A model generated the notes under the pieces. The model made no database searches. It saw only the letters and a list, made by a program, of their open reading frames with translations, and was not told where the DNA came from. A stretch of 64,000 bases of DNA from a virus (taxonomy: Duplodnaviria; Caudoviricetes): the IMG/VR virus record IMGVR_UViG_2754412319_000001, positions 1-64,000 of that record; one strand, given 5' to 3'. Position 1 is the first letter of the stretch. Each line of letters opens with the position of its first letter. Shown here piece after piece: positions 44,971-54,636 of the stretch. A program made the position numbers and the translations under genes.

Positions 44971-45405
44971 ATGCACGTCGAACGTCTCAATATGCTGAGC
45001 AACCTGCTCAAGACCGCCAACCCGAACCACTTCGATCTCGGCGACTGGGTAGATACGCCGTGGTCGACCGACGAAGCGCTGGCAATCCCGAACAGCGATC
45101 TCCGTCAGCGCGTCATCGAGTGCGACACGACCGCGTGCGCAGTTGGCTTGGCCTGCATGACGCCCGAGTTCCAGGCTCAAGGTCTCAACTATAAGTGGGA
45201 CACCGCGTGCCTCCATTCGGCACTCAGCCCAACTTTCGAGGGCGAAGAATCGTGGACGGCCGTGTGCAACTTCTTCGAGATCGACCGACCCACGGCCGAC
45301 CGCTTGTTCTCGCATCACGAGTACGCGGATGGGCGTGAAACGGAACCTTCGCAGGTCGCGGAACGTATCGATGCGCTGGTCCGCGGGGAGAGCATCAATG
45401 GCTAG
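44971..45405 (+). CDS. Hypothetical protein
   Basis: 144 aa; FDLGDW..CDTTACAVGLAC..LF. Confidence 0.7.
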   Translation: MHVERLNMLSNLLKTANPNHFDLGDWVDTPWSTDEALAIPNSDLRQRVIECDTTACAVGLACMTPEFQAQGLNYKWDTACLHSALSPTFEGEESWTAVCNFFEIDRPTADRLFSHHEYADGRETEPSQVAERIDALVRGESING

Positions 45406-45577
45406 ATTTACCATCACTGTCGCGCGGCCGACGTACTACACGCACGACTTCGAGGCATCGAGCGTGGAAGAAGCGAAGCAGGCTGCGCTGGACGCATTCG
45501 AACAGCACGGCTCCGAAGCTTTCGACTACGAGAGCAGCGGAGCTGCTACCGCTCATGAAGGAGATGCACCGCAATGA
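45398..45577 (+). CDS. Small hypothetical protein
   Basis: 59 aa from MARFTITV. Confidence 0.6.
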   Translation: MARFTITVARPTYYTHDFEASSVEEAKQAALDAFEQHGSEAFDYESSGAATAHEGDAPQ

Positions 45578-45846
45578 GCCTGAACAACCCGAACATCCCC
45601 CGATTGGCGACGCTCGACTTCACGAGCGACGAGACCTGCACCTTCTACGCGGTCGAGTGGATCAACGCGGCCGGCGAGTGGTTCATCGACGTGTACCGTC
45701 AGGAGGCGGGCCGCGACGATCACGCCGTGCAGCTTCACAGCGACGGTGCAAAGTCGGTCGTCATCTATGACCTCATCGGCCCCTTCAACGCGGACATTGA
45801 CGAGGCTGGAGACTTCGCTCGCGACAACCGGCGCCTGCACGTCTGA
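45574..45846 (+). CDS. Hypothetical protein
   Basis: 90 aa, ATGA overlap. Confidence 0.6.
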   Translation: MSLNNPNIPRLATLDFTSDETCTFYAVEWINAAGEWFIDVYRQEAGRDDHAVQLHSDGAKSVVIYDLIGPFNADIDEAGDFARDNRRLHV

Positions 45847-45873
45847 AGTTCAAGTTGAACCAAGGATAACGAC

Positions 45874-46203
45874 ATGAACGTGGAACAACGAATCAAGATC
45901 GAGAAACAGATCGTCGAGAAGATCGTCGTCGACGCACTGGCCGCAGGATTCAAGCTCAGTGTGTTCGACGGAGAAGAAACTGCCATCTCGAAGAGTACGG
46001 ACAAGGACAAGATCCTCGCCCGACTCTTTGAATGTGAAGTCGAATATCTGCGCTTCTGGAAATTCGACGTGATCGTCGGCACCGTGACACTCGTCTACGG
46101 CAACGACGGCTGGGACGTGATCTGCGATCACCACCTCGCTCTGGAAGACGTCCTCAAGGGCGCGAACGAACTGGCCAAGCAACTGGAGGCGCGGCACGGA
46201 TGA
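45874..46203 (+). CDS. Hypothetical protein
   Basis: 109 aa, AAGGA RBS after an operator copy. Confidence 0.7.
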   Translation: MNVEQRIKIEKQIVEKIVVDALAAGFKLSVFDGEETAISKSTDKDKILARLFECEVEYLRFWKFDVIVGTVTLVYGNDGWDVICDHHLALEDVLKGANELAKQLEARHG

Positions 46204-46397
46204 ACCACGAGCAATTGCTGGAGCACATCAAGCGCCTCGAAGCGCGCATCGCCGAGCTGGAGCGCGACCTGTATTCGATGCCCGAAATGGATGAGCGCCG
46301 GCAGCGGCGGCAGCTGATCGAGCGGTTCCGCGCGCAGGGTATGAGCGGCAAGCAGGCGAAGAATGCCGCGTGGCGCGAGTTGCATGTCCCGAGCTGA
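46200..46397 (+). CDS. Small coiled-coil hypothetical protein
   Basis: 65 aa, ATGA overlap. Confidence 0.55.
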   Translation: MNHEQLLEHIKRLEARIAELERDLYSMPEMDERRQRRQLIERFRAQGMSGKQAKNAAWRELHVPS

Positions 46398-46421
46398 CCC
46401 CAATTTCACAATGTGGAAACC

Positions 46422-46628
46422 ATGAGCAAACCGATCTACCGCACCCGCTTCACCACCAAGACCGGAGCGTACCGCGTCCGGGAATTCCGGTCGCAGAAGA
46501 ACGCTGAGACCCATGCCAAACGGCTCGCCAACGAGGGCGCTTACGGCTACGTCGAGCGCACCACCGCCGTGTCGACGCGCGTGGTCAGCAACTGGGGCCG
46601 GGGCACACCCGAAACGCCGGCCGCATAG
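46422..46628 (+). CDS. Small hypothetical protein
   Basis: 68 aa from MSKPIY. Confidence 0.55.
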   Translation: MSKPIYRTRFTTKTGAYRVREFRSQKNAETHAKRLANEGAYGYVERTTAVSTRVVSNWGRGTPETPAA

Positions 46629-46662
46629 CGTAGAATCAACTTACAAAGTACAAGGAGAAATC

Positions 46663-47025
46663 ATGATGTCTGTCGCATTCGACACCTTGGCTTACGTCAA
46701 GCGCCTCGAACAAGGTGGGGTCCCGCGCGAGACGGCGGTCATGCAGGCCGAGGCACTGGCTGACGCGATCGACCAGACCTTGGCGACCAAGCAAGACCTA
46801 CTCAACACGCAGGCTGCGGTTGAGCAGAAGGTCGACGCGACGCGCACTGATCTGCGTCGGGAGATCGACAACGTCCGCGCAGACATGAAGCTTGGCCTCT
46901 CGGAGACACGTGGCGAGTTCCGTGTCGAGATCGAGAAGGCGAAGACGTCCATGATCATCTGGCTCGTGAGTCTGACCATTCTCGCGACCGCTGCGCAGAT
47001 CGCATCACGCGCGTTCCTGCACTGA
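46663..47025 (+). CDS. DUF1640/CCDC90-family coiled-coil membrane-anchored protein
   Basis: AFDTLAYVKRLEQGGVPRETA..AEAL..LATKQDL and a C-terminal TM helix; AAGGAG RBS. Confidence 0.85.
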   Translation: MMSVAFDTLAYVKRLEQGGVPRETAVMQAEALADAIDQTLATKQDLLNTQAAVEQKVDATRTDLRREIDNVRADMKLGLSETRGEFRVEIEKAKTSMIIWLVSLTILATAAQIASRAFLH

Positions 47026-47046
47026 TACACCGCGTCAACCGAAGAA

Positions 47047-47077
47047 GGGCGCGCTCTGGCCAGCGCGCTCTTTTTTT
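47047..47077 (+). terminator. Rho-independent terminator
   Basis: GGGCGCGCT-N6-AGCGCGCTC followed by T7. Confidence 0.8.
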
Positions 47078-47100
47078 GTATTCATCGTCACCACCACATA

Positions 47101-47556
47101 ATGAAAACCATCGAACTCAAACCCACGTGGCAGGCGCTCGTGCCGGTGCTGCTGGCCGTTATCGAAAGCGGCACGGCCGAAGGGCGAAGCAAGGCGAAGG
47201 CAGAATTGGTCGACCTCGCGAAGAGAGTCGACGAGATCAACGAAGAGATCAAAAAGCGGGCAACCACGCCCCGCGGCAAGAAGGTCCAGTACCTCGAAGC
47301 ACAGGGTGCGTACGAAGCCGGCGTCATCCTGCGCAATGGCGACAAGGCCGCGCTCGTGACCAACGAAGGCCGCGTCGAGTGGTTCAAGTTGAACGAATTC
47401 GGCGGTATCCAGCAGCTGGCAGTTCTGCCGCAGCTGGTCGCCGCGCTGGACGACATGCTGTCGATCGACGACTGGCATGATGACTTGATCGCGAATCCGC
47501 AGACGATCGCGAACGCTCAGGCTGTGCTGGCGCTCGGGAAGGACGCGCTGAAATGA
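47101..47556 (+). CDS. Hypothetical protein
   Basis: 151 aa ORF. Confidence 0.65.
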   Translation: MKTIELKPTWQALVPVLLAVIESGTAEGRSKAKAELVDLAKRVDEINEEIKKRATTPRGKKVQYLEAQGAYEAGVILRNGDKAALVTNEGRVEWFKLNEFGGIQQLAVLPQLVAALDDMLSIDDWHDDLIANPQTIANAQAVLALGKDALK

Positions 47557-48218
47557 GCAGCCCCTTCAAAACCAAACTCATCCTGTCCGAGTCGGACCAC
47601 GAAGGTACGGGCTTGCTGCTCAAGGAAGTCGGCGAGCAGGTGATCTGCGAGTTCGACCGTACGCCGCAGATGCAAGAGCACGCCGCGTACATCAAGCAGG
47701 CGGTCAACGAGCACCCCGAGCTGCTGCGCAAGCAAGAGATCATCTTCGACCTCTCGTTCACGCTCGGCAACCGCTGGAACACGCTCTCGGACCAACTGAC
47801 GGGCGACATCATGGACCACAACGGTGGCTCGCGGGGGTTGTGCGATCTCGTGAAGTCCTGGGCCGACGAGTTCGACGCCGACTGGGAATCGCGCAGTGAA
47901 GACGACCAACAGAACTACCTCGTGGATGTCGACGAGTTCGCGAATCGCAAGATCGCCGAGCTGCTCGATTCCGTGAAGCGCCCCGAGCCGCCGCCGCCGA
48001 AGCCGATCAAGGTCACGCACCGCTACAACCGCGAGCTTGCCGAGAACACCTTCCACTACGTCGGCGTGAAGTGGCAGATCGTCTTCAAGTGCGACGATGG
48101 GTCCGTCTACTGCCGCGAGACGCTGCCGGCGATGAAGACCCTGAACGACGTTCTGACGTTCATTCGGGAACAGTGCAACTTGCGCGGTTTGAGCAGCGCT
48201 GACATTCATCGGTGGTGA
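47553..48218 (+). CDS. Hypothetical protein
   Basis: 221 aa, ATGA overlap. Confidence 0.65.
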   Translation: MSSPFKTKLILSESDHEGTGLLLKEVGEQVICEFDRTPQMQEHAAYIKQAVNEHPELLRKQEIIFDLSFTLGNRWNTLSDQLTGDIMDHNGGSRGLCDLVKSWADEFDADWESRSEDDQQNYLVDVDEFANRKIAELLDSVKRPEPPPPKPIKVTHRYNRELAENTFHYVGVKWQIVFKCDDGSVYCRETLPAMKTLNDVLTFIREQCNLRGLSSADIHRW

Positions 48219-48562
48219 TCATGAAAGAACCTGTCCGATACTTCACCCCATATCCGTTCACGATCGAGACGCTGCAACGTCCCGGCGAGCCTGCTCGTTA
48301 CATCATCTCTCGCGCGAGGGTGGGTGGCCGCTACAGCGACGAGCTGTTGAGGAAGGAAGAGGCCGAGCTGCTGCTGCACACGTTGACGCGTGAAGAAGCC
48401 GACAAGGAGCAGCTGCGCTACCGCATCTGGCAACTCGAACAGCAGTTCACCTGGGCGATGTCCGAAATCAAGGAGCGTTACGAGGGACCGTACGAAGAGT
48501 GGGCACCTGAGCGCGCTCGATACAACGAAGCGCTGACCGTGCTGCGGGGGATAAAGCAATGA
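48212..48562 (+). CDS. Hypothetical protein
   Basis: ~114-116 aa ORF in the coupled series. Confidence 0.6.
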   Translation: MVIMKEPVRYFTPYPFTIETLQRPGEPARYIISRARVGGRYSDELLRKEEAELLLHTLTREEADKEQLRYRIWQLEQQFTWAMSEIKERYEGPYEEWAPERARYNEALTVLRGIKQ

Positions 48563-49146
48563 AATTGCCGATTCGAATCGAAATGGCCAGCGAGTTGATG
48601 GATCTGTCGCCTGAAGAGTGTGCCGACTACACCGATCGCGTCGAGCGAGTGGTCGACGCTGCGGACGACACGGTCTGCTACACCGAGAACGGATATTTCG
48701 CGATGCCGTTTCTCGACGCGCACGCAATCGTCGTCGCGATCAACACCCACCAGAAGCTGGTCGACGCATTGCGCACGGCGCAGGGCTACGTTGAAGAGGT
48801 TTCCGAGGCAAGCGGCTTTGGTGCCGATCATACGTTGCCAACGATCAACGAAGCGTTGCTCGCGGTCGAGCAAGAAAACTGGTTGACATACGACTCCGGC
48901 CCGCAGGACAACGACCGTTACACGGTCTTCCCGTACTGGATGGACGATGAGGCCGACGACGTGTCGCGTCGCACGTACCTCGGCTTCAACATGACCCCAT
49001 CGTCACCGAACACCGGGGTCAGCGTGTGGGGAGAGCTGCCGAAGGGACAGCATCCGGGGGCATACCTCGGAAAACTGATTCGCTTCGCCGAGCTGCCCGA
49101 AGCCCTGCGCAAACATGCCATCGCACGAGTGAGGGATATCGGATAA
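48559..49146 (+). CDS. Hypothetical protein
   Basis: 195 aa, ATGA overlap. Confidence 0.65.
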   Translation: MKLPIRIEMASELMDLSPEECADYTDRVERVVDAADDTVCYTENGYFAMPFLDAHAIVVAINTHQKLVDALRTAQGYVEEVSEASGFGADHTLPTINEALLAVEQENWLTYDSGPQDNDRYTVFPYWMDDEADDVSRRTYLGFNMTPSSPNTGVSVWGELPKGQHPGAYLGKLIRFAELPEALRKHAIARVRDIG

Positions 49147-49149
49147 CCC

Positions 49150-49635
49150 ATGAAGATCAAGACACACGAACTGCTCGGCGCGGGACTCGACTGGGCCGTT
49201 GCCAAAGCCGAGGGCAAGCCGATTGTCCACGATCCGATGGGGTTCAAGATTGGATCGGAAGCTGGCTACTGGATATGGGACAAGACGCCGAAAGGCCTCA
49301 TGACCAAGATCGGCCGTGACTACACGCCGTCAACCGACCGAGACAAGGGGTTCGAGATCGTAGAGCGCGAAGGCATCGCGATCCGCAAGCACACGAAGAC
49401 GGGCAACTGGTACGCGATGACGAGTGCAGATCTCGGCAACGACACAACTGCTCGTTGGGAAGAGATGACAGCGCGCGGCGGCGAACGTTACGGCGTGGAG
49501 TCGTGGGCAATCCACAAGCGCCGGCAGCGCTTCATCGGTGAGATGCCGCTCATCGCCGCGATGCGCTGCTTCGTCGCCTCGAAGCTCGGCGCTGAGGTTG
49601 ACGTGCCCGATGAACTGGTTGGGGGCCAACAATGA
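49150..49635 (+). CDS. NinX/DUF2591-family phage protein
   Basis: MKIKTHELLGAGLDWAVAKAEG..PSTD..G.EIVERE..PLIAAMRCFVASKLG.EVDVP. Confidence 0.8.
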   Translation: MKIKTHELLGAGLDWAVAKAEGKPIVHDPMGFKIGSEAGYWIWDKTPKGLMTKIGRDYTPSTDRDKGFEIVEREGIAIRKHTKTGNWYAMTSADLGNDTTARWEEMTARGGERYGVESWAIHKRRQRFIGEMPLIAAMRCFVASKLGAEVDVPDELVGGQQ

Positions 49636-50312
49636 AATTGAGTGAAGTCGGTGGTGCACGCGGTGCACCGATGGGGCGTCGCGACACCCACGGCGACTAC
49701 GATGCCGCCATCAAACTGATCGTCCACCACTGTCCCTTCGTCGACGGCGCCTACGACGAAGGCGGAGCGTACTGGGGCGCGGGGGAGCCACTGTGGCGGG
49801 CTATCGAACCCGAGGGTGACGTGGAGTTCTTCCTGCGCGGCAAAGACCGCTGGGAGATTCTGGAAGACGTTCGTGACCTGTATCCGAACGCGAAAATCAT
49901 CGACACACCGCGCGAACGCTGGTTCGTAGAATTCTTGGCAGGCTACGAAGAAGCTGCACTATGGTCGAACGTCGACGCGATCATGAACGATGACGGGGAG
50001 GAGGAAACGGTGCATCTCGACGGCGGCTACGAGCTGCACGACGAGACGAAAACGAAGTTCCGCGAGGACTGCAAGAATTTCTGTGACTTCGCCGAGCCGC
50101 AGTTGCGCCGTGCAATTAATTGCAACGGCTACGGGGCGGTCGAGGCGGGACGTGATTTCTGGCTCACGCGAGCGGGCCAGGGGGCCGGTTACTGGGATCG
50201 CAGCCAGCTACCGCGTGAACTGCGCGACCAGCTATCCGCCGCAGCCCGTGACGCCGGAGGCAGAGAGCTATACATCGGCGACGACGGGTTGATTCACCAA
50301 GGGCAAACATGA
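49632..50312 (+). CDS. Two-domain hypothetical protein
   Basis: GAYDEGGAYWG N-domain; FLAGYEEAALWS..AGRDFWLTRAGQGAGYWDR C-domain. Confidence 0.7.
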   Translation: MKLSEVGGARGAPMGRRDTHGDYDAAIKLIVHHCPFVDGAYDEGGAYWGAGEPLWRAIEPEGDVEFFLRGKDRWEILEDVRDLYPNAKIIDTPRERWFVEFLAGYEEAALWSNVDAIMNDDGEEETVHLDGGYELHDETKTKFREDCKNFCDFAEPQLRRAINCNGYGAVEAGRDFWLTRAGQGAGYWDRSQLPRELRDQLSAAARDAGGRELYIGDDGLIHQGQT

Positions 50313-50434
50313 CCCCGAAGACTCGGAATTCAGTACAAGCCCGTTCAGGGCAGTAATAGCAACGCCCGTCGGGGAGATTTGCTACCTCCCCTGTATCGAG
50401 CGGGAAACATAACCACCACATTGAGGTAATCACC

Positions 50435-50665
50435 ATGTTGAGTGCAATCATCACCATGTTTACGGGCAAGTCGCCCGCTAAAGAAGCGAAGAACCAGCTG
50501 CGCATGACGCGCCTCGCTCTCCTCGAAGCGCGTGCTGCATTCGAGCATTTCCAAGCGGAAGTCGCGAAGCTTGAGGCACGTGAGGCGCGTCTGGCCGCGC
50601 ACGTCTCCGACGACGAGCGCCAATACCAGCGGGAAGCTCAAGCCTCGATGGCAGCTGCGATCTAA
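50435..50665 (+). CDS. Small coiled-coil hypothetical protein
   Basis: 76 aa, GAGGT RBS. Confidence 0.65.
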   Translation: MLSAIITMFTGKSPAKEAKNQLRMTRLALLEARAAFEHFQAEVAKLEAREARLAAHVSDDERQYQREAQASMAAAI

Positions 50666-50742
50666 AAGTTCAAGTTGAACAAGGCACGTCTGGCCACGCG
50701 CCTCGTTTACCGAATCAGCTAACAAACCACCACAGCATAACG

Positions 50743-51501
50743 ATGACCAATATTGATAAATCCGCGCTCGACGAGCGCGCGCGTCAGCTCGTCCGTGAAG
50801 AAGTGCATGCGTGTGTCAGCGTGTTGATCAGCGACCTCAGCAAACTGGTCGCTAATGCCGATCCGCATGTGCTGCGTGAGATAAGCGTCGATCAGGATGA
50901 GTTGTTCGGGATCTGCGTTCAGGATGACCATAAGTCCGCAGCAGAACACGAAGACTACGTCCTGTTCGAGAATGAATATGGTGAGTACGTCGCGCTTCAT
51001 CCCGAAGATGACGTAAAAGGGAATCTCACTCTCGACAACCTCGAATACTTCGAAAACGCGGGGAAGTTCTATGTCCTTCCTGAAGAATCGGTGGACGAGA
51101 TCAAAGAGCTGGACGCGCCCGATCAGGCGAAGATCAGCACAATCATTGCAACCGCGAAGGCGCGTGAAGATAGCGGAGACACCGATGGGATGTTCTTCGA
51201 AGCAGAAACTGAACACGCAGTGTTGAGCGCGTACCTTAACAAGCACTACGCCGACGAATGGTACAGCGACGAACAAGAAGCGTGGCGTGCAGCGTGTGAA
51301 ACGAACAGCATCGAGCCGGATACCTGCGAAGCCTACGAACACTGGATCGTCTCTGGCTGGCTCGCAGGAAAGCTTGAAGAGCGGGGCGAGATGGTGAATC
51401 GCGACATTTGCGGTCTCGTCGTGTGGGGACGCTGCACGACTGGGCAGGCCATCTACATGGATGGTGTCATCCAGGAGATAGCGCGAGACCTTATCGACTG
51501 A
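50743..51501 (+). CDS. Acidic hypothetical protein
   Basis: 252 aa; C-term EAYEHWIVSGWLAGKL..GE..VWGRCTTGQAI.MD.VI. Confidence 0.7.
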   Translation: MTNIDKSALDERARQLVREEVHACVSVLISDLSKLVANADPHVLREISVDQDELFGICVQDDHKSAAEHEDYVLFENEYGEYVALHPEDDVKGNLTLDNLEYFENAGKFYVLPEESVDEIKELDAPDQAKISTIIATAKAREDSGDTDGMFFEAETEHAVLSAYLNKHYADEWYSDEQEAWRAACETNSIEPDTCEAYEHWIVSGWLAGKLEERGEMVNRDICGLVVWGRCTTGQAIYMDGVIQEIARDLID

Positions 51502-51545
51502 GGTAGGGCATACTTCTAGTCCTTTTATAGACAGAGAGGGCGGAA

Positions 51546-51959
51546 GTGAACAAGGTGATTCTCTGCATTGCTCTTACGGGGTGTTTGACGGCGTGTGCGT
51601 CGAGAACTCTTCCACTTGAGCAGGCAAAGGACGTTCCTGCGGACAGGGTCTATTCGACGAAGTTTGCGCAACCGGTGGAAGGTGCGCAGAAGATCACGGT
51701 TATACGCACTGGGGGCTCGTTTATCGCGGGCGGGGGTGCGCGCTATGAACTGTTGGCCGACGGTGTGAAGATCGCATCAATGGCGACTGATGAGCGCGTC
51801 AATCTATACCTCCCCGCGGGCGAGCACCTGCTTTCGGCGCGCAACGGCGTGTGGACAAGCATTGAGCCGCAGTCCATCGTGATCAACGTTCCCAGTCGAT
51901 ATAAAACATTCCGGCTCGATTCTTCGAGCGGGGTGTTGTTGCAACCTGCCCTTGAATGA
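51546..51959 (+). CDS. Lipoprotein (moron-like)
   Basis: Signal peptide with lipobox LTAC; lower GC; followed by its own terminator. Confidence 0.75.
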   Translation: MNKVILCIALTGCLTACASRTLPLEQAKDVPADRVYSTKFAQPVEGAQKITVIRTGGSFIAGGGARYELLADGVKIASMATDERVNLYLPAGEHLLSARNGVWTSIEPQSIVINVPSRYKTFRLDSSSGVLLQPALE

Positions 51960-51986
51960 GCGACGTCTAGTCGCTACGCCATGTTC

Positions 51987-52012
51987 AAAGCCCACCTACC
52001 GGTGGGCTTTTT
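51987..52012 (+). terminator. Rho-independent terminator
   Basis: AAAGCCCACC-TACC-GGTGGGCTTT plus T-rich tail. Confidence 0.8.
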
Positions 52013-52044
52013 ATTTTCTCAATTCAGCACAAAAGGATCTGCAC

Positions 52045-52209
52045 ATGTTCATGTCTGATACGCAAGTTTTGCGGACGTACCTCGTAGCGGCGACTGTTGA
52101 GCAAGCACGCAAGGTGGGCTTCGAGGAATCGTTTCGTTCCCTCGTCACGCAGCAGCTTCATGACATGTCGGATGCAGACGTCCGCGCAATGGCAAGGATC
52201 ATCGTATGA
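52045..52209 (+). CDS. Small hypothetical protein
   Basis: 54 aa, AAGGA RBS. Confidence 0.5.
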   Translation: MFMSDTQVLRTYLVAATVEQARKVGFEESFRSLVTQQLHDMSDADVRAMARIIV

Positions 52210-52520
52210 CGCCCATGAAGTTCCACCAAACCTACGCGGTCGTCACCGACGAGAGCGCGGAGAACGGTGAAGCAGAGGAGACCGGATTCGACTGGCAGGA
52301 CATGCCGTACACGTTCAAGCAGCTGGTCCACACACTCGAATTCGAGTACGCCGGGGCCGAGCCGAGCGATTACCCCTCAAGCAACCCTCGCTGGATCACG
52401 AGCTACGGCGAGCGTGGCATGCACGATGGGTCATTCCGCAACATCTCCCTGCATCCGGCAAACGACCGCGCGCGCCGCTGGTGGCCGCAGGCCCTGAAGG
52501 CCGCAGGAATCACGAAATAA
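52206..52520 (+). CDS. Hypothetical protein
   Basis: 104 aa, ATGA overlap. Confidence 0.65.
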   Translation: MTPMKFHQTYAVVTDESAENGEAEETGFDWQDMPYTFKQLVHTLEFEYAGAEPSDYPSSNPRWITSYGERGMHDGSFRNISLHPANDRARRWWPQALKAAGITK

Positions 52521-52531
52521 GGGAACCAGTC

Positions 52532-53254
52532 ATGCGACTGTACAACGGGGACACTTTCGAGCACGAAGGTTATACCTTCAAGGTTCAATTTGAACGCGAC
52601 GACGACGTCGAGGAGCCGTGGAATCGCTCCGAAGGCAATGGCGTCGTGTCGGACTGGACGCGTCGCGATAAGCAGCCGGGTGAAGTCGTGCTGACGTCCG
52701 ACCGTGGCATGTACCGCTACTACGACATCGCCAAGACCAACGCGATCGCTAAGCGCGATGGTTGGGGTTTGACTGAAGAGGACAAGGCCGAACTGGTCAA
52801 GCGCCTCGCTCAGAAGCGTGTGGTGCGGCGACCAATCGGTAAACCCAGTCTTGAACATCATTCAGGAGGAGTCTTTAAGGTTAAAGGGGCGAATTCTGAA
52901 GTCGTGGAATTGCCGGGACGAGATCCTGGCAAACGTTTAACGGCTGGCGAAATACGGGCTGAAGCCGTTCGCCGCAATTTCGAATTCATGCGCCAATGGT
53001 GCAATGATCAATGGGAATACACGTGGGTCAAGGTGACTCTCGTCCGCATGGACGACGATGGCGAGCCGGTCGAAGACGAACGCTTCAGCGATAGCGTAGG
53101 CGGCGTCGAGTCGTACAACGACTACCACATGCAGGTAGCGCTCGAATGCGCAAACAACGTGCTTTCTTCGATTCAAAACGCACTATTGGACGATCAGAAG
53201 GAGGAGGTCGAACGCCGGCATTGGGCCGAGCGCGATGTGCCAACTATCGTATAG
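52532..53254 (+). CDS. Hypothetical protein
   Basis: 240 aa from MRLYNGD. Confidence 0.65.
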   Translation: MRLYNGDTFEHEGYTFKVQFERDDDVEEPWNRSEGNGVVSDWTRRDKQPGEVVLTSDRGMYRYYDIAKTNAIAKRDGWGLTEEDKAELVKRLAQKRVVRRPIGKPSLEHHSGGVFKVKGANSEVVELPGRDPGKRLTAGEIRAEAVRRNFEFMRQWCNDQWEYTWVKVTLVRMDDDGEPVEDERFSDSVGGVESYNDYHMQVALECANNVLSSIQNALLDDQKEEVERRHWAERDVPTIV

Positions 53255-53416
53255 TCAAAATGGAAGGAGAACCCTTTATCAAATAGAATGGCATCTCTCT
53301 CAACCGACCGATGAACGTTGCGGGCAACAAACAGTTATACCCAACTGCACGGTTAATATTTCAACAAAGAAATGATCATCTAATGTATGATCTTGTGATC
53401 GAAAGGTGACAGCAAG

Positions 53417-53650
53417 ATGGCACTGCAAACGGCAGCACAGAAGCGGAAGTTCGTGAAAGACCTCATCAAGAATGTGCAGGATGACGTGATGAAGCGCATC
53501 GAGCACATGCCTGCTGACTGGGACGGCGTCGAGCTGCGCACGTACATCGGCACGAAGTTCGAGAATGAAAAGGATACCTTCGCATTGCGGGGCAACACCG
53601 CACGAGGCCGCGCCTTCAACGCCGAACTGTCGAGCAACCGCCACCTGTAA
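53417..53650 (+). CDS. Small hypothetical protein
   Basis: 77 aa after an AT-rich intergenic region. Confidence 0.6.
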   Translation: MALQTAAQKRKFVKDLIKNVQDDVMKRIEHMPADWDGVELRTYIGTKFENEKDTFALRGNTARGRAFNAELSSNRHL

Positions 53651-53709
53651 ATACAAGAACACCGACGTACCGATAAGCTGGCCCTTGTCGTTGCGTCGCG
53701 GAATAAGAC

Positions 53710-54090
53710 ATGACCACCACCACCACAATCTGGACGGACGACGACGAGCGTCTGCTGCGCGAACTGGCATCGCGCAAACAGGAAGTTGAAGCCCACCAGC
53801 GGGCGACTGTCGAAGCCGTCGTGAGCACGTTTGCTTTCCACAGCATTAGCGAGGCCGAGATCACGGACTCGTTGATCGACCGGGCTGAGCAGATCTGCCG
53901 CGCACTCGTGCCTTACCTCCCGCGACCCAGCGAAGCTGAAGCTGCGACCATGCGCAAAAAGGCCATCGATGCCATCGCACTCGGTCTCGGCGAATGTGTC
54001 AGGAATTTCCCGGCGTCCACACCGGTAGTAGTCCTGCACAACCTCATCGCGAAGGGATTGCTACCCGTCTCGATGAAGAGTCGTTCCTGA
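53710..54090 (+). CDS. Hypothetical protein
   Basis: 126 aa starting MTTTTTIW. Confidence 0.65.
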   Translation: MTTTTTIWTDDDERLLRELASRKQEVEAHQRATVEAVVSTFAFHSISEAEITDSLIDRAEQICRALVPYLPRPSEAEAATMRKKAIDAIALGLGECVRNFPASTPVVVLHNLIAKGLLPVSMKSRS

Positions 54091-54145
54091 TCGGCCTACT
54101 GGCAGGCTGATTTCCCTCAACCAAAACAAACCTGAAGGATTTACG

Positions 54146-54553
54146 ATGGACACCACCACGAACAAGAACACCGCTGCTGCCGCGAAGAAGAACAAGGGCG
54201 GCAACGATGGCAAGTCCCCGCGCGCACTGCGCGGCGCGCCGAAGGCCGCGTCGAACTGGTCGGCCGCGGACGAAGCTCGCTTCCAGGAACAGCAGAAGGC
54301 GCGTGAAGCATTCGTCGCCGAGCGCAACGCGTCGCTGAAGAAGATCACCGGCTTCCTGCTGGCCGGCGCGAAGCCGGTCCAAGTCGAAGCCGTGAAGGGC
54401 GCTGACGGCGCGGTCATCTCCGAAGGCTACGAGCTGCCGGTCTCGGCGACCGAGGAGCAGCTGCTGGCCAACCTGGAAGCGCACGGCGACGCGATCCTGA
54501 CGTACCTCTCGAAGCACTACAAGCTGCAACCGACGCTGCTGAAGACGCAGTGA
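54146..54553 (+). CDS. Hypothetical protein with Lys-rich N-terminus
   Basis: 135 aa, AAGGA RBS, followed by a terminator. Confidence 0.7.
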   Translation: MDTTTNKNTAAAAKKNKGGNDGKSPRALRGAPKAASNWSAADEARFQEQQKAREAFVAERNASLKKITGFLLAGAKPVQVEAVKGADGAVISEGYELPVSATEEQLLANLEAHGDAILTYLSKHYKLQPTLLKTQ

Positions 54554-54583
54554 TTCGCTGAAGCACCGTAGTTCATCGAACTG

Positions 54584-54617
54584 AAGCCGCATGGTTTAGG
54601 CCATGCGGCTTTTATTT
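54584..54617 (+). terminator. Rho-independent terminator
   Basis: AAGCCGCATGG..CCATGCGGCTT plus T tail. Confidence 0.8.
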
Positions 54618-54636
54618 CGACTTTTCGAGAGAAAAC

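Noticed and set aside
50310-50434. Cluster of small hairpins and a 15-codon ORF as an ncRNA
   Set aside because: The stems are short and GC-rich DNA makes them easily by chance; there is no supporting motif.
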